This document shows positions 13,314 through 25,325 of a DNA stretch of 64,000 nucleotides, in pieces; position 1 is the stretch's first letter; every line of letters begins with the position of its first letter. The translations under genes were made by a program, and so were the position numbers. The notes beneath the pieces are model-generated. The model did no database searches. It had not been told where the DNA came from and saw only the letters and a list, made by a program, of their open reading frames with translations. This DNA is from Octopus sinensis (taxonomy: Eukaryota), in the NCBI RefSeq assembly GCF_006345805.1, contig NC_043005.1:7006001-7070000 (forward strand). The letters are read 5' to 3'.

Positions 13314-13704
13314 TTACTCTTTTAATCTTTTACTTGTTTCAGTCATTTGACTGCGCCCATACTGGAGCACCTTTAATCGAGCAAATCGACCCTGGGACTT
13401 ATTCTTTTGTAAGCCCAGTACTTATTCTATCGGTCTCTTTTGCCGAACCACTAAGTAACGGGGACATAAACACACCAGCATCGGTTGTCAAGCAATACTA
13501 GGGGGACAAATACAGACACACAAACACACACGCATATATATATATACGACGAGCTTCTTTCAGTTTCCGTCTACCAAATCTACTCACAAGGCTTTGGTTG
13601 ACCCGAGGCTATAGTAGAAGACACTTGCCCAAGGTGCCACGCAGTGGGACTGAACCCAGAACCATGTGGTTGGTAAACAAGCTACTTACCACAGAGCCAC
13701 TCCT
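13314..13704 (-). mobile_element. SINE A, full length
   Basis: Colinear reverse complement of 11108-11525. Confidence 0.92.
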
Positions 13705-15234
13705 GATTGTTCAGGTTAAATTTGATGATCATTTTATGTTTCCTATTTTCAAGATATATATATATATGGATGGATTGATGGATGGATGGGTGGATGGATG
13801 GATGGACGGACGGACGTACATACATGAATATATATACAACTCTGTGTGTGAGTGAGTGTTAAGACGTTTGCTTTGCAACAACACAGTTTGGAGTTCAGTC
13901 CTTGAGCAAGTGTCTTCTGCTACAGCTTGAGGTAGTTGACTAATGGCTTGTGAGTGAAATTGATAGATGGAAACTGTATGGATACCCTATATACATATAT
14001 GAATACTCCTCCCCACCCACCCACACACACATGTACATTCTAATTTTCACAAGGAAAGATTGACAGTGACTTTAAAGTTTTGCTTTGCTCACCAGCATCA
14101 GAGAGTGATTCTTTCTGGTTTTTATATGGTTGTTTTTTTGGTTGGTGAAGCAATATGAAAGAGAATTTAGTGTGGTTTGGTAGATATTTGAAGAGATTCT
14201 ATCAGAGATAGGAAAGTAGAGAAGGCTAGTGAGAAATCATGTGTTTGTAGGTATGGTATAGACTGTTATTCTGGTTTAAGATTTTGTTTTCGATAAAGGT
14301 TCAATAAGATATGAAAGCAGAGGATTAAATTGATGTGTCATACTTAGGCTATGATTAACATTGGTTGAAGCTTTTTCTTGTGACTGTTTTAGAGTAAAAA
14401 AAAATTAAGTTTGCAGATAATACAGTTACATCTGTCACACAGCATAAGTTGAGTAGTGGCCAAAGCTGACGTAGGTGTTAGAAGCTTTCTTTTAAGAATT
14501 TCTAATGTGGACATTTTAAAAAGGTTTGGATTGAGAAGATTATGCTTCTATAAAATATTTATTGGGATATTCTAATCTGTTTCTAGCATGGCTATTAATA
14601 ATTATATGAATGTAGACAAATACATGTATGCAACTGCATATCGTTACATAGAGATAAATATATAAGGATGATGCATTTTTCCATGGAGGTATGCATCTAT
14701 AAGGAGATATAAATATAGTAAAAAGATATACAAATAGATATGCATACACACAGTAACACACATAGATGTATATATATTTTTACACAAGCACACAAAAACA
14801 CAAATATATGATATGTGTATGCATGTGTGTGTGTATGTGCATGCATGCGTGTGTGTGTATTTGTGTGCATGTGTGTGTGAATGTGTGTATGCATGTGCAT
14901 GTGGGTAAAAATTGTAAAGATATAAAACAATATATTTTACATTGTGCAAATATTATTTGATATAGAACTCAATACTCCAAGAGTTGCTTTTGGCAGTTCA
15001 TGACTGTCATGAACAACCAAAGGCAAAAAGCTATCAACTTTTGATGTAAAGTATAGATATATTCAGGATTATGATGGTGTTAATAGCAGTAGTACACTTG
15101 TGTGACATCAAACTCTCTGCTTTTCATCTCATTTCAATTTCTCTTCAATTTTTCTTTTCTCTTTACCTTCCTCTTTCTCTTTCCTCACTCCTTCTCTTTC
15201 TCTCTCTCTCTCTCTCTCCCTATATATATATATA

Positions 15235-15283
<49 letters not shown>

Positions 15284-15848
15284 TCATCGTTTAACGTCCG
15301 TTCTCCATGCTAGCATGGGTTGGACGATATATCTGGCATAGTGAAATTCAGACATATAGAGAATGAGAAGTAGACATGAAGGGAGAGACAGAAAGGAAGT
15401 AAAAAAATGGAGAGGAGAGTGATGGTTATGACAGTAGCAGTTTGAAAGCTGGATAAAAGAAAAGCAAGTCATACTCTAATGCAGCAATCTTTTATATTGA
15501 ATGAACTTGGTTTCCCCCCTCAGATACACACACATACACACCTCCTTATTTACACTGTACAATGTTAAACTGATATGAATTAATATAATATTGGTCACTA
15601 AATTCTTAACAATGTGTATTTAGAGGTTAGGCATGTTATCCACTCAACTACACACATGGTTAACTAGAAAGAATAAATACAAACTTCAAGGTATAATTAA
15701 TTCTGATCACAGTGTTATGAAGAATTCAACACCACAAATATATCTATTATACTTTCATTTTCATAAATATTCCAAAATATTGCCTGAATTTATGTTAGTC
15801 CATAAAAGATTATTTCTTTTTCTGTGGATTGTTAAAGAATATTACATA

Positions 15849-16010
15849 GGTGCAGGCATGGCAGTGTGGTAAGAAGCATGCTTCCAAACCACATGGTTCT
15901 GGTTTCAGTCGCACTGCATGGTACCTTGAGAAAGTGTTTCCTACTATAGCTTCAGGTCGACCAAAACCTTGTGAGTGGATTTGGTAGATGGAAACTGAAA
16001 GAAACCTGTC
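15849..16010 (+). mobile_element. SINE A head fragment
   Basis: A/B boxes and core; ends at the TA tract. Confidence 0.85.
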
Positions 16011-16063
16011 ATATATGTATATATATGTATATATATATGTGTATGTATATATATATATATATA

Positions 16064-16266
16064 TCTGGCACCTGTGCGGGTGGCACGTAAAAAGCACCCA
16101 CTACACTCATGGAGTGGTTGGCGTTAGGAAGGGCATCCAGCCGTAGAAACACTGCCAGATCAGACTGGGCCTGATGCAGCCTTCTGGCTTCACAGACCCC
16201 AGTTGAACCATCCAACCCATGCTAGCATGGAAAGCGGACGCTAAATGATGATGATGATGATGATGA
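16064..16266 (+). mobile_element. family B RTE 3' end
   Basis: ggttggcgttaggaagggcatccagc ... gcggacgctaaa(tga)n, embedded in (TA)n. Confidence 0.92.
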
Positions 16267-16304
16267 TATATATATATATATATATACATACATATATATA
16301 TATA

Positions 16305-17130
16305 TCATCATCATCATCATCATCGTTTAGCGTCCGCTTTCCATGCTAGCATGGGTTGGACGGGTCAACTGGGGTCTGTGAAGCTGGAAGGCTTCGTCAG
16401 GCCCAGTCAGATCTGGCAGTGTTTCTACGGCTGGATGCCCTTCCTAACGCCAACCACTCTGCGAGCGTAGTGGGTGTTTTTTACGTGCCACCTGCAAAGG
16501 TGCCAGACAGAGCTGGCGAACAGCCACGAACGGATGGTGCTTTTACGTGTCACCGGCACGGGGCCAGGCGATGCTGGCAACGGACACGAACGGATGGTGC
16601 TTTTACGTGCCACCGACACGGGGCCAGACAGAGCTGGCAACCGGCCATGAACGGACAGTGCTTTTACGTGTCACCGGCACGGGGGCCAGCCGAGGCTGGC
16701 AACGGACGCGAACGGATGGTGCTTTTACGTGCCACCGACATGGTTGCCAGACAGAGCTGGCAAACGGCCACGAGCGGACGGTTCTTTTACGTGTCACCGG
16801 CACAGGGACCGGCCGAGGCTGGCAACGGACACGGACGGATGGTGCTTTTACGTGCCACCGACATGGGGCCAGACAGAGCTGGCAAACAGCCACGAACGGA
16901 TGGTTCTTTTACGTGTCACCGGCACGGGGGCCAGCTGAGGCTGGCAACGGACACGGACGGATGGTGCTTTTACGTGCCACCAACACGGATGCCAGACAGA
17001 GCTGGCAAACGGCCACGAGCGGACGGTGCTTTTACGTGTCACCGGCACGGGGGCCAGCCGAGGCTGGCAACGGACACGGACGGATGGTGCTTTTACGTGC
17101 CACCGACACGGGGCCAGACAGAGCTGGCAA
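16305..17130 (-). mobile_element. family B RTE 3' end with expanded internal minisatellite
   Basis: Same terminal 200 bp as 16064-16266 in the opposite orientation, followed by 11 units of about 60-62 bp. Confidence 0.92.
16473..17130. repeat. GC-rich minisatellite, 60-62 bp units, strictly alternating A/B dimer
   Basis: Odd units gtgccacc..ccagacagagctggc, even units gtgtcaccggcac..cc(a/g)gccgaggctggc. Confidence 0.95.
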
Positions 17131-17325
17131 ATATATATATATATATATACATACATACATACATATATATATATATGCGGTGCCCCAGCATGGCCACAGC
17201 TCGTGAGCTGAAACTAGATAAAATAAATAAAAAATATATATATATTTTATATTATATAGAGGGCACTATTACACATAAATGCCGCACACTAGGAGGGACT
17301 TTTATATATATATACATATATATAT

Positions 17326-17368
<43 letters not shown>

Positions 17369-17392
17369 ATATATATATATGAACGTATATCT

Positions 17393-17628
17393 ATGTGTGT
17401 GTGTCTTTCTGTCTGTGTTTGTCCTCCACCCCACCCCACCACAACTTAACAACCGGTGGTGATGTGCTTGCATCCCCGAAACTTAGCAGTATGACAAAAG
17501 AGAGTGATAGAATAAGTACTAGACTTATCAAATTAAGTACTAAGATCAATTCATTCAACTAAAAATTCAAAGGTGCTGCTCCAGCATGGCTGTAGTCTAA
17601 TGACCGAAACAAGTAAAAGATAAAATAG
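17393..17628 (+). mobile_element. SINE A-like 3' half, diverged
   Basis: gtgctgctccagcatggctgtagtctaatgaccgaaacaagtaaaag tail. Confidence 0.75.
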
Positions 17629-18069
17629 ATGTCTACTTAGAGGTACTGAAATATACAGTGAGTTGTATCTTTCCATGTGTGTGTGTGTGTGAAATCACCA
17701 CATTAGTGGGAAGTGTTACTCTGAGACAATATATTCATTCTTGTTGTACTAGTAATAAATTATAGTATTCTCAACTGGACTTACGTAAACCAACAAGATT
17801 ATACAAGTAATCAAGAAAAATAACTATATTTAAATTATACATCTCTGAACCTAATACAGAAAGATTAGATTTGCCTTGAACACAGAGAGACAGGGGCCTC
17901 TGCAACTGAGAATACTTAAAAGATATCTACTGCAGACAACAAAAACAAACATCTAGTAAAAAAAAATGAATGGAAAATAGTGCAAATAAATATCAAAACA
18001 TGAACAGAAGAAGAATTCATGTCATTCTTCAAGAAAACTAATAAACAGAAGATAGGTTGAGGTAACATG

Positions 18070-18412
18070 GCATCTGGCGATGGACTTGGTAAACACCCAC
18101 AAAGTTATCAACCACCTCACCAACAACAACACTGAACACCTTTTTGATCTTCATGTGTCTAACACACGTGGACATGCCTACAAAGTCAGAAAACAACACA
18201 GCTCCCATGACTTTCGGAAACATTTTTTCACGCTCAGAGTTGCTGAAGCATGGAACAAACTGCCTGCGTCAGTTGTTGACTGTCATGACACTGCATCCTT
18301 AAAGGCCTTCATGCTTTCCGAAATCCACCGAAACTACACCTGATTATACATAAACTTTAGATGAGTTGTAGTGCACCTGAGCACTGTACACAATTATTAT
18401 TATTATTATTAT
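18070..18412 (+). mobile_element. CR1-clade LINE 3' end
   Basis: ORF2 C-terminus ..NTRGHAYKVRKQHSSHDFRKHFFTLRVAEAWNKLP.. (TRGH / FFxxRVxxxWNxLP motifs), short UTR, (ATT)n tail. Confidence 0.9.
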
Positions 18413-18419
18413 TAAAAAA

Positions 18420-19470
18420 AAAAGAAAATGTTAAAAGACAAGTTGAAAATGATATTTGAGAGTATCATGGTCAAATACTCTCTGGAGTCTCATTTTGGAG
18501 CAATACCTGAGAAGACTGAACAGAGAAATGAATAAAGAAAAATCATCTCAACACTGGCTGAGAAGTGCAGAACTGAAAGCTGAGTCTAATGAATTTTTGA
18601 TTGAAGCACAAAGCTAAAGCTTTCCTATCAGGAAGTATCTAAAACATGCCATCACGCTTCAGGACCAGCTTCTGCAACAGCCTGGGTTTCAAGGGCCCAC
18701 AGCTTTTTAATATTCTCCCACAGAGTCTGAGGAACTTGCACAAAGTAGATGTAGCAGTTTTTAAATCAAAGCTGGACATCTTCCTGTCAAGAGTCCCAGA
18801 TGAACCTACCTCACGGCAAGAGATGCAAATGAGAGTAGCTGTATCAAACTCCATTCTTCACCAAATGCCACATATTAGACGAGGTTCGTCGTAATAACAG
18901 TGTAGCACAAAACGGCGGTGCATCAGCATGGCCGCAGCTCTGAACTGAAACTAGAAAAAAAAAACAAAAAACATACAATAAAGCAAAATACAAAAAAATT
19001 GCTGCTTTTTTTTTTTGGAAAACAAAATACAAAAAAAAATATTAGTCACTTCCTACTTAGTTTCCCAGTCTTAGCTAAAAGAAAATATATATGTATGTAT
19101 ATATATATATATATGTATATATATAAAGGCATGATTGAGTTGCAGCTTATGCTAGCATTATGAAATACAGACATTATGGAATAGTATAAATATGCAGCAG
19201 GAAAGTTCTCAGAAAATGATGTTGTGACCATATTCTGGGATATGCTTATCCACATACATAGAGGGATAATTGCAATCAAACAGATATTGTTGCCAAGGGA
19301 CCTCCAGATAGGTACGTATCTGCTACTCAAATTAGTCTTAAGAAATAATGTAATGCTAAAAGAAACTGTAAACTATCTATATAGAAGACCTGGAGAAAAT
19401 CCCCATAAAAGATAAATGCTTTTAGAAGATGTACAACTGAGCAGAGCTCTATGTGCTTTGGGTGTATGCT
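18420..19470 (+). mobile_element. decayed R4/Dong-like (RLE) LINE C-terminal region, interrupted at 18641-19030
   Basis: HWLRSAELKAESNEFLIEAQS*SFPIRKY before the interruption; ISHFLLSFPVLAKRKY, RHD and SENDVVTIFWDMLIH after it, matching R4/Dong zinc-knuckle/RLE-proximal motifs. Confidence 0.7.
18641..18970 (+). mobile_element. CR1-group LINE 'X' 3' end
   Basis: NSLGFKGPQLFNILPQSLRNL..FKSKLDIFLSRVPDEP; UTR ending ggcggtgcatcagcatggccgcagctctgaactgaaactag(A)n. Confidence 0.85.
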
Positions 19471-19619
19471 GTGTTTATTGAAAGAAAATGGTGCATTGAG
19501 TTGTGCTTGGCTGTGCAGTTAAAGCATGCAAAAAACAAGAACTACTGAATGATGATGATGACAATGATGATGATGATGATGGTGAAGATGAGGACATTGA
19601 CAATGGTAATGATGATGAT

Positions 19620-20490
19620 GTCGGAAGTGTCTCATACAACTGTCTTCGAATGAGATAGTGGCACACATTGTTGCAGAATGTTCCAAGTTGGCACAGGTAG
19701 AATATATATTTCTTTACTACCTACAAGGGGCTAAATACAGAGGAGACAAACAAGGACAGACAAAGGGATTAAGTCGATTACATCAACCCCAGTGCGTAAC
19801 TGGTACTTAATTTATCGACTCCAAAAGGATGAAAGGCAAAGTCAACCTCGACGGAATTTGAACTCGGAACGTAACGGCAGACGAAATACGGCACAGGAAG
19901 AATATGGAGACATGGCCAAGTCGTGAAAGTTTTACACTTGAAACTTTGCCAGAAACGGGGACTCGAAGCTGGAGATACATGGTAAGAACATCAAGTCAAA
20001 AAGAGTGCTTGAGTGGGAGAATTTGTAAGATTTTGTGGGACTTGCCTTTCCAAACAGACATGAAGCTAGAAAATAATGGAACAGACAACAATAATAGACA
20101 AGGATAAGCGAAGTTGCTTACTAATTGATGATCCATCACGTTCAGTTGATTGCAGGATTGTAAAGAAAGTTGAAAAGCAAAAAAGTACCATCCCTTAAAA
20201 TTTGAAATTGCAAGAATTTGGAATATAAAAACTGTAAAGCTTATGCCTATAATAATTGGTGTATTGGTAACTGTAAGCAAAGATATAGACAAATGGTTGA
20301 AGGAGATTGGAATAGAATGTCCCATAGAGCTTCTACAGAAAGTTTGCCTCTTAGAGACAGGCAAGATTATCAGGATGGTTTTGAGCACTTGAAAGACTAT
20401 TGAGAGCTAGTGGATACCTAAGGTTACTGGTAGCAACCCACTATCCACATAAATCCTGCCAGGAATAAGACCGAACCTGAGTCAAATCAA
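19620..20490 (+). mobile_element. R4/Dong-like LINE 3' end (CCHC knuckle + restriction-like endonuclease), ending in (AAT)n
   Basis: CRKC..VAHIVAECSKLAQVEY, KILWDLPFQTD, KFEIARIWNIKTVKLMPIIIGVL, IELLQKVCLLETGKIIRMVLST*; then UTR and an AAT tract. Confidence 0.85.
19706..19889 (-). mobile_element. SINE C (5'-truncated) nested in the Dong-like LINE with a 16-bp TSD
   Basis: Flanked by ggcacaggTagaatat (19690-19705) and ggcacaggAagaatat (19890-19905). Confidence 0.9.
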
Positions 20491-20518
20491 TAATAATAAT
20501 GATAATGATAATGATAAT

Positions 20519-20760
20519 CCTTAAACAACTCGGGGACCTTTTGAGCAGGATGGGTTACTCAACCGGAAGAAAATTCTAATGGGATCCCACCTGTAAGGTC
20601 ATGCACTGTTTATCTTGATATGAGATCACCATGTCATGTGCATATGGTTGTGATGCATGTACCTGGTGTACTTTTATCAGATGGGTAGTCATGATGGGTA
20701 TACTGGGCTTCATATATTTTATCTTAGTGTCACTCTGATGGCATGCACTGGTCTCTCACT
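20519..20760 (+). mobile_element. family F non-coding element, 5'-truncated, bounded by (AAT)n
   Basis: Colinear with the 3' half of 20800-21328. Confidence 0.85.
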
Positions 20761-20799
20761 TAATAATAATAATGATGATAATAATAATAATAATAATAA

Positions 20800-21328
20800 C
20801 TCTCATGGCTTCTGATCTTAACTGATTGGAAGTGTTATCATGTACATTGTTTTGTCTTGGTATAAAAGATGGGCTACAGCAAATATTCTGCTCAATACCA
20901 CAGATTTGCTTGTCAGTTGTTTGACCTTAACCAGTTCAGCATGTCCCTTAGTGGCTGACGATATGTGCATCTCTGATCACGAGCAGAAGTAGTGGGGGAG
21001 CATCATAGCCATGTGTTGAGAAGGATTCTTTGGGGTTTGAATAATTCACCTCTGGAAACATAGGTGTTTCGTTCAATGTCCTTAAACAACCCTTATTCAG
21101 GGACCTTTTGAGCGGGATGGGTTACTCGATCTGAAGAAAATTCTAACTGGGCTCCACCTGCAAGGTCATGTGCTGTTTATCTTGATATGAGATCACCATG
21201 TCGCGCACATATGGTTGTGATGCATGTGCCTGGTGTACCCTTATCAGACGGGTAGTCATGATGGGTATACTGGGCTTCGTATATTTTACCCCAGTGTCAC
21301 TTTGATGGCATGCTCTGCTCGCTCACTC
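20800..21328 (+). mobile_element. family F non-coding element, about 530 bp, bounded by (AAT)n
   Basis: Repeated locally; no ORF; AAT arrays on both sides. Confidence 0.8.
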
Positions 21329-21384
<56 letters not shown>

Positions 21385-22427
21385 TGATGATGATGATGAT
21401 AATAACAATAATAACAAAGCATACACAAGATATGTCTGCTTATGGGTCAGCTAGACATGTGTATAGATTATCATCATAATCATCATCGTCATTGTTTAAC
21501 GTCCATTCTCCCAAATCACTATGACATCATTAACAAAGAGATAAAATTATAGAGCACTAATACAACAGGTATATACTATAGAATATAATAAAAAGTGATT
21601 GTATACTCACCATCATAAATTATTTAAATGCTAAACACAAAATCAGTAACATCTAGCAGATTTGAGACTACTCAGTTATTCAATGACAAAACGGTACTGT
21701 ACAACCAAGAAACATAGGCAAATCTAGATTGCAGAGAAAAACTTAACTGAAGCTAAATAATAAAATATTAAACAAAATATAAATAAAGAATTACTTCTTA
21801 TAAATAACTGAAAGAAATATCAACAAATTATAAACATATAATACTAAATGTGATATATAATAAAATGAATTAGAAACAAGGCTAGAGATCATTTTAAATT
21901 ATCAAGTAATTGTTTGTAAATGATAAATATGCTTACAATTACATCATTTGCAGTAAAAAAGAAAAGAAAAGAAAAGAAACACTAACTCTCAAAATTTACA
22001 TATTATATTAATAAAAATAAACATATTTATATATTTCTGTTAGCTCAAATTTATTTCCTTCTTATGAAATCAAATGAGAGACAGAAAGAAAGGGTGAAAT
22101 TAGCCATGGATGACCTCTGCATGAAAAAACAAAGTCAAGTGGAGGCTAAGGTAATAAATGTAGTGAAAACACTCCCCTACCAAACATATAATTAATTGAA
22201 ATTATACTCATAATGAGAAGACAAACATCATTAGATTTAATGATTAATTCTGGTCAGCATCTGACAATATTCATTAATTAAAAAAAAAAAACTTTATATT
22301 TCTCAGTCATTCAGGATTGAGCAAATACTGGTAAAATTTCATTTTGCTAAAGAGTTCTAATAAGATTAAAACTTCACTGGAGTTGTCTTTGCTTTTCTTT
22401 AGCAGAGCGAATAGCTTTTATCATTTA

Positions 22428-23097
22428 ACTTTTACTTCTTTCAGTCATTGAACTGTACGAATATGCTGGGGCACCAACTTCAAGGTTTAGATGAACAAAT
22501 CGACCCCAGTACTAATCTTTTTTAAGCCTGGTATATAGTCCTTTTTGCTGAACTGCTAAGTTACAAGGACATAAACAAACTGATACCAGTTGTCAAGAAG
22601 TTGTGAGAGACAAACACAACCACAAAGAGACACACATGTAAATATATATACGAGCAAAGTTTAGGTTAGTTAAAATATGTTTGTGATATACTTCAACTAC
22701 TAAAAGGCAGATTCACTGCAGTTACTGTAAAGAAAATATTTTTCTTATGGTAAGGTGTGAAAACACCCGATATTTATATATGTACAGTCGTGGCCAAAAG
22801 TTTGGAACATTTGTTTTTAAATTAAAATTGTTGTACACACCACATTACTGTAAGTAGCAATAATATATCGCAAATTAAACATAACTTTGGGTATTTAATA
22901 TAAAAATTATAATTTTCAGACCTATGTTCAAAACTTTTGGCCATGACTGTATATACAATGGGCTTCTTTAAGTTTCTCTCACTCACAAGGTTTTGGTCAG
23001 CCTGGGGCTATAGTAGGAGAACACTTAGCCAAGATGCCATGCAGCAGGATTGAACCTGCAACCATGTGGTTGGGAAGCAAATGTCTTGCCACATAAT
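22428..23097 (-). mobile_element. diverged SINE A split by insertions in its central TA tract
   Basis: Tail half at 22428-22650, head half at 22955-23097. Confidence 0.7.
22785..22949. mobile_element. Tc1-like MITE, 165 bp
   Basis: 25-bp TIRs cagtc(g/a)tggccaaaagttt(g/t)gaaca, TA on both sides. Confidence 0.9.
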
Positions 23098-23409
23098 CAA
23101 AGCATATATTTTTCTTTATTGAAAACTAAACAAAATAATAGTTTTATTTTCTTTATTCTGAACATAGAACCGAATCTGGAATAGACTGATGTAGCAAAGG
23201 GAATAGATAAATGAACAAAAGCATGAGTGATGCAAGTGAATGGAAATGGTTAAAATCTGGAACAGAAACCGTTGCAATTTTGACATAACAAAAACTACAA
23301 CTCATAATAAAAGGAGTCTCTATTTTGTCACTGAAGATAATAAAAATAGTAGCTAAATCCCCCTCAGATCACATGCTACAATCATAAAAGGGATGGATAC
23401 ATTGGATAA

Positions 23410-23897
23410 AGTTATCCTAGCTACACTGTTTGAACGCCTTACTTCCCTGGGCATGGATACACTGAAACTCCGACGTCTGGCAGCTGGCTTGGCAGACACC
23501 CATAAAATTATCAACCATCGTACAAGCAATAACTCTGAGCACCTTTTCAAACTCCACCCATCTAACACCCGTGGACATATTTACAAAGTCAGAAAACAGC
23601 ACAGCTCCCATGACTTCAGGAAATATTTTTTCACGCTGAGAGTTGCTGAAGTGTGTAACAAACTGCTGGCATCAGTTGTTAGTTGTCAGAGCATTGCATC
23701 CTTCAAAACTTCCATGCTTTCTGAGATTCGCCAACACTACACCTGATTTTCTCCCCTCCATACACACACAAGCATGTATCTGACTCATACACTGTTCGAT
23801 TTCCAGACATTTTTACATTACTGCATGTACTTTATATGCACTTTCTGACAAGTTGTGGTGCACCTGAGCACTGTATACAATAATTTCATTATTATTA
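23410..23897 (+). mobile_element. CR1-clade LINE 3' end (longer-UTR subfamily)
   Basis: ERLTSLGMDTLKLRRL..NTRGHIYKVRKQHSSHDFRKYFFTLRVAE; same terminal gtgcacctgagcactgta as 18070-18412. Confidence 0.9.
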
Positions 23898-24875
23898 TAT
23901 AATATAAGTTTAGATGGTCAAAACTGGGATGGTTTTAATCATTGGTCTATCTGCTCTATCATACATGATATAAGGTCTATGCAAATTAAACAAAACTGAT
24001 TTCTTTTCATTAGACAAATCTTTTATTGTTGAGTGATTTTACTCATTTAATCAACTGATCAACAACTGATCAATTAAAGTATATTATTAGGTTTCATTAC
24101 ATTATTCACTACAAAGATTGGAGATAAACTTTACTTAATCTAAAGCATCCAGGATAACATTCTGTTGATGTAGTTGTCTCTAATCAACATTAGAAATTAC
24201 TCAAACGATGTAATATAGTTTCTTTATCTCTTTTTTTTTCCTTTTTTTTTTGACAGCATAGATAATCTTAATTGATCTCATGGAGGACTTAAAATTGCTT
24301 TATTTTTGCTTAAAAAACAATACAATTTCAGAGCAATGTTTACAAATAAATATTTTACAGTGTTTATAATAAAACAAGCAGAATATAAATAATTCCATTA
24401 ATATAAAAAAAAAACAAACAGACAAAAACACTAGACAGTTTACTGATGAATATTGCACAAGATATTAACTATAAACAAGCTAACAAGGTCTCTTGAAGTT
24501 AGAAAAAATATATTTATGATTCTTTTTCATAAGCATTGAAGATCATGATCTGTTTCAATTTGTGAGAAACAAATAAAATATTACATAACAGAAGTGCTAA
24601 ACACACATTAGACCTTAGCAATTTGATGTTAACCTTCCATTGAGTCAGTGTAGTTGCTCTGTTTTAGTGAAATTACAGATGAGTATGAAGATGATAAAGA
24701 TAATGACTAAGATATTATACTATGGCAGTAGTTAGTATAGAGAAACAGATATCTACTTAGTTGTAGAAAATGCATGAGATATTTTAATAGCTATACACAG
24801 ATATGTGCTATTAGCATATATATGATTAAAAATATGTGTATTTTATAGCTGCTTGTGTATCTATGAGTGTTAATA

Positions 24876-25325
24876 TCATCATCATCATCATCGTTTAACG
24901 TCTGCTTTCTATGCTGGCATGGGTTGGACGACTTGACTGAGGGCTGGTGAACCAGATGACTGCACCAGGCTTCAATCTTGATCTGGCAGAGTTTCTACAG
25001 CTGGATGCCCTTCCTAATGCCAACCACTCCAAGAGTGTAGTGGGTGCTTTTACATGCCACTGGCATGGGACCAGTCAGGCAGTACTGGCAACGACCTAGC
25101 TCAAATCTTTTACACATGCCACCGGCACAGGTGCCAGTAAGGTGATGCTGGTAACGATCACGCTCGAATGGTGCCTTTTACATGCCACCGGCATGGAGGC
25201 CAGTTAGCCACTCTGGCAACGATCATGCTCGGATGGTGCTCTTAGCACCCTACTAGCATGGGGCTTGAGCGCCAGTAAGATGACGCTAGTAACGATCACA
25301 CTCAAATGGTGCATTTCATGTGTGT
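24876..25325 (-). mobile_element. family B, older subfamily with about 4 diverged internal units
   Basis: (CAT)n, conserved core, units ending acgatcacgctcgaatggtgc. Confidence 0.85.

Noticed and set aside
16473-17130. CRISPR-like array of partly palindromic repeats
   Set aside because: No unique spacers (the whole unit repeats), no cas genes, eukaryotic context.
16356-17462. 368-aa ORF, the longest in the window
   Set aside because: It is the antisense read-through of a family B element, its stop-free GC-rich minisatellite and TA tracts; the same pseudo-peptide appears at 35521-36012 and other copies.
20965-21000. U1 snRNA-like words (tgatcacga, gtagtggggga) in family F
   Set aside because: These words are about 100 nt apart in U1 but adjacent here; no other U1 similarity is seen.
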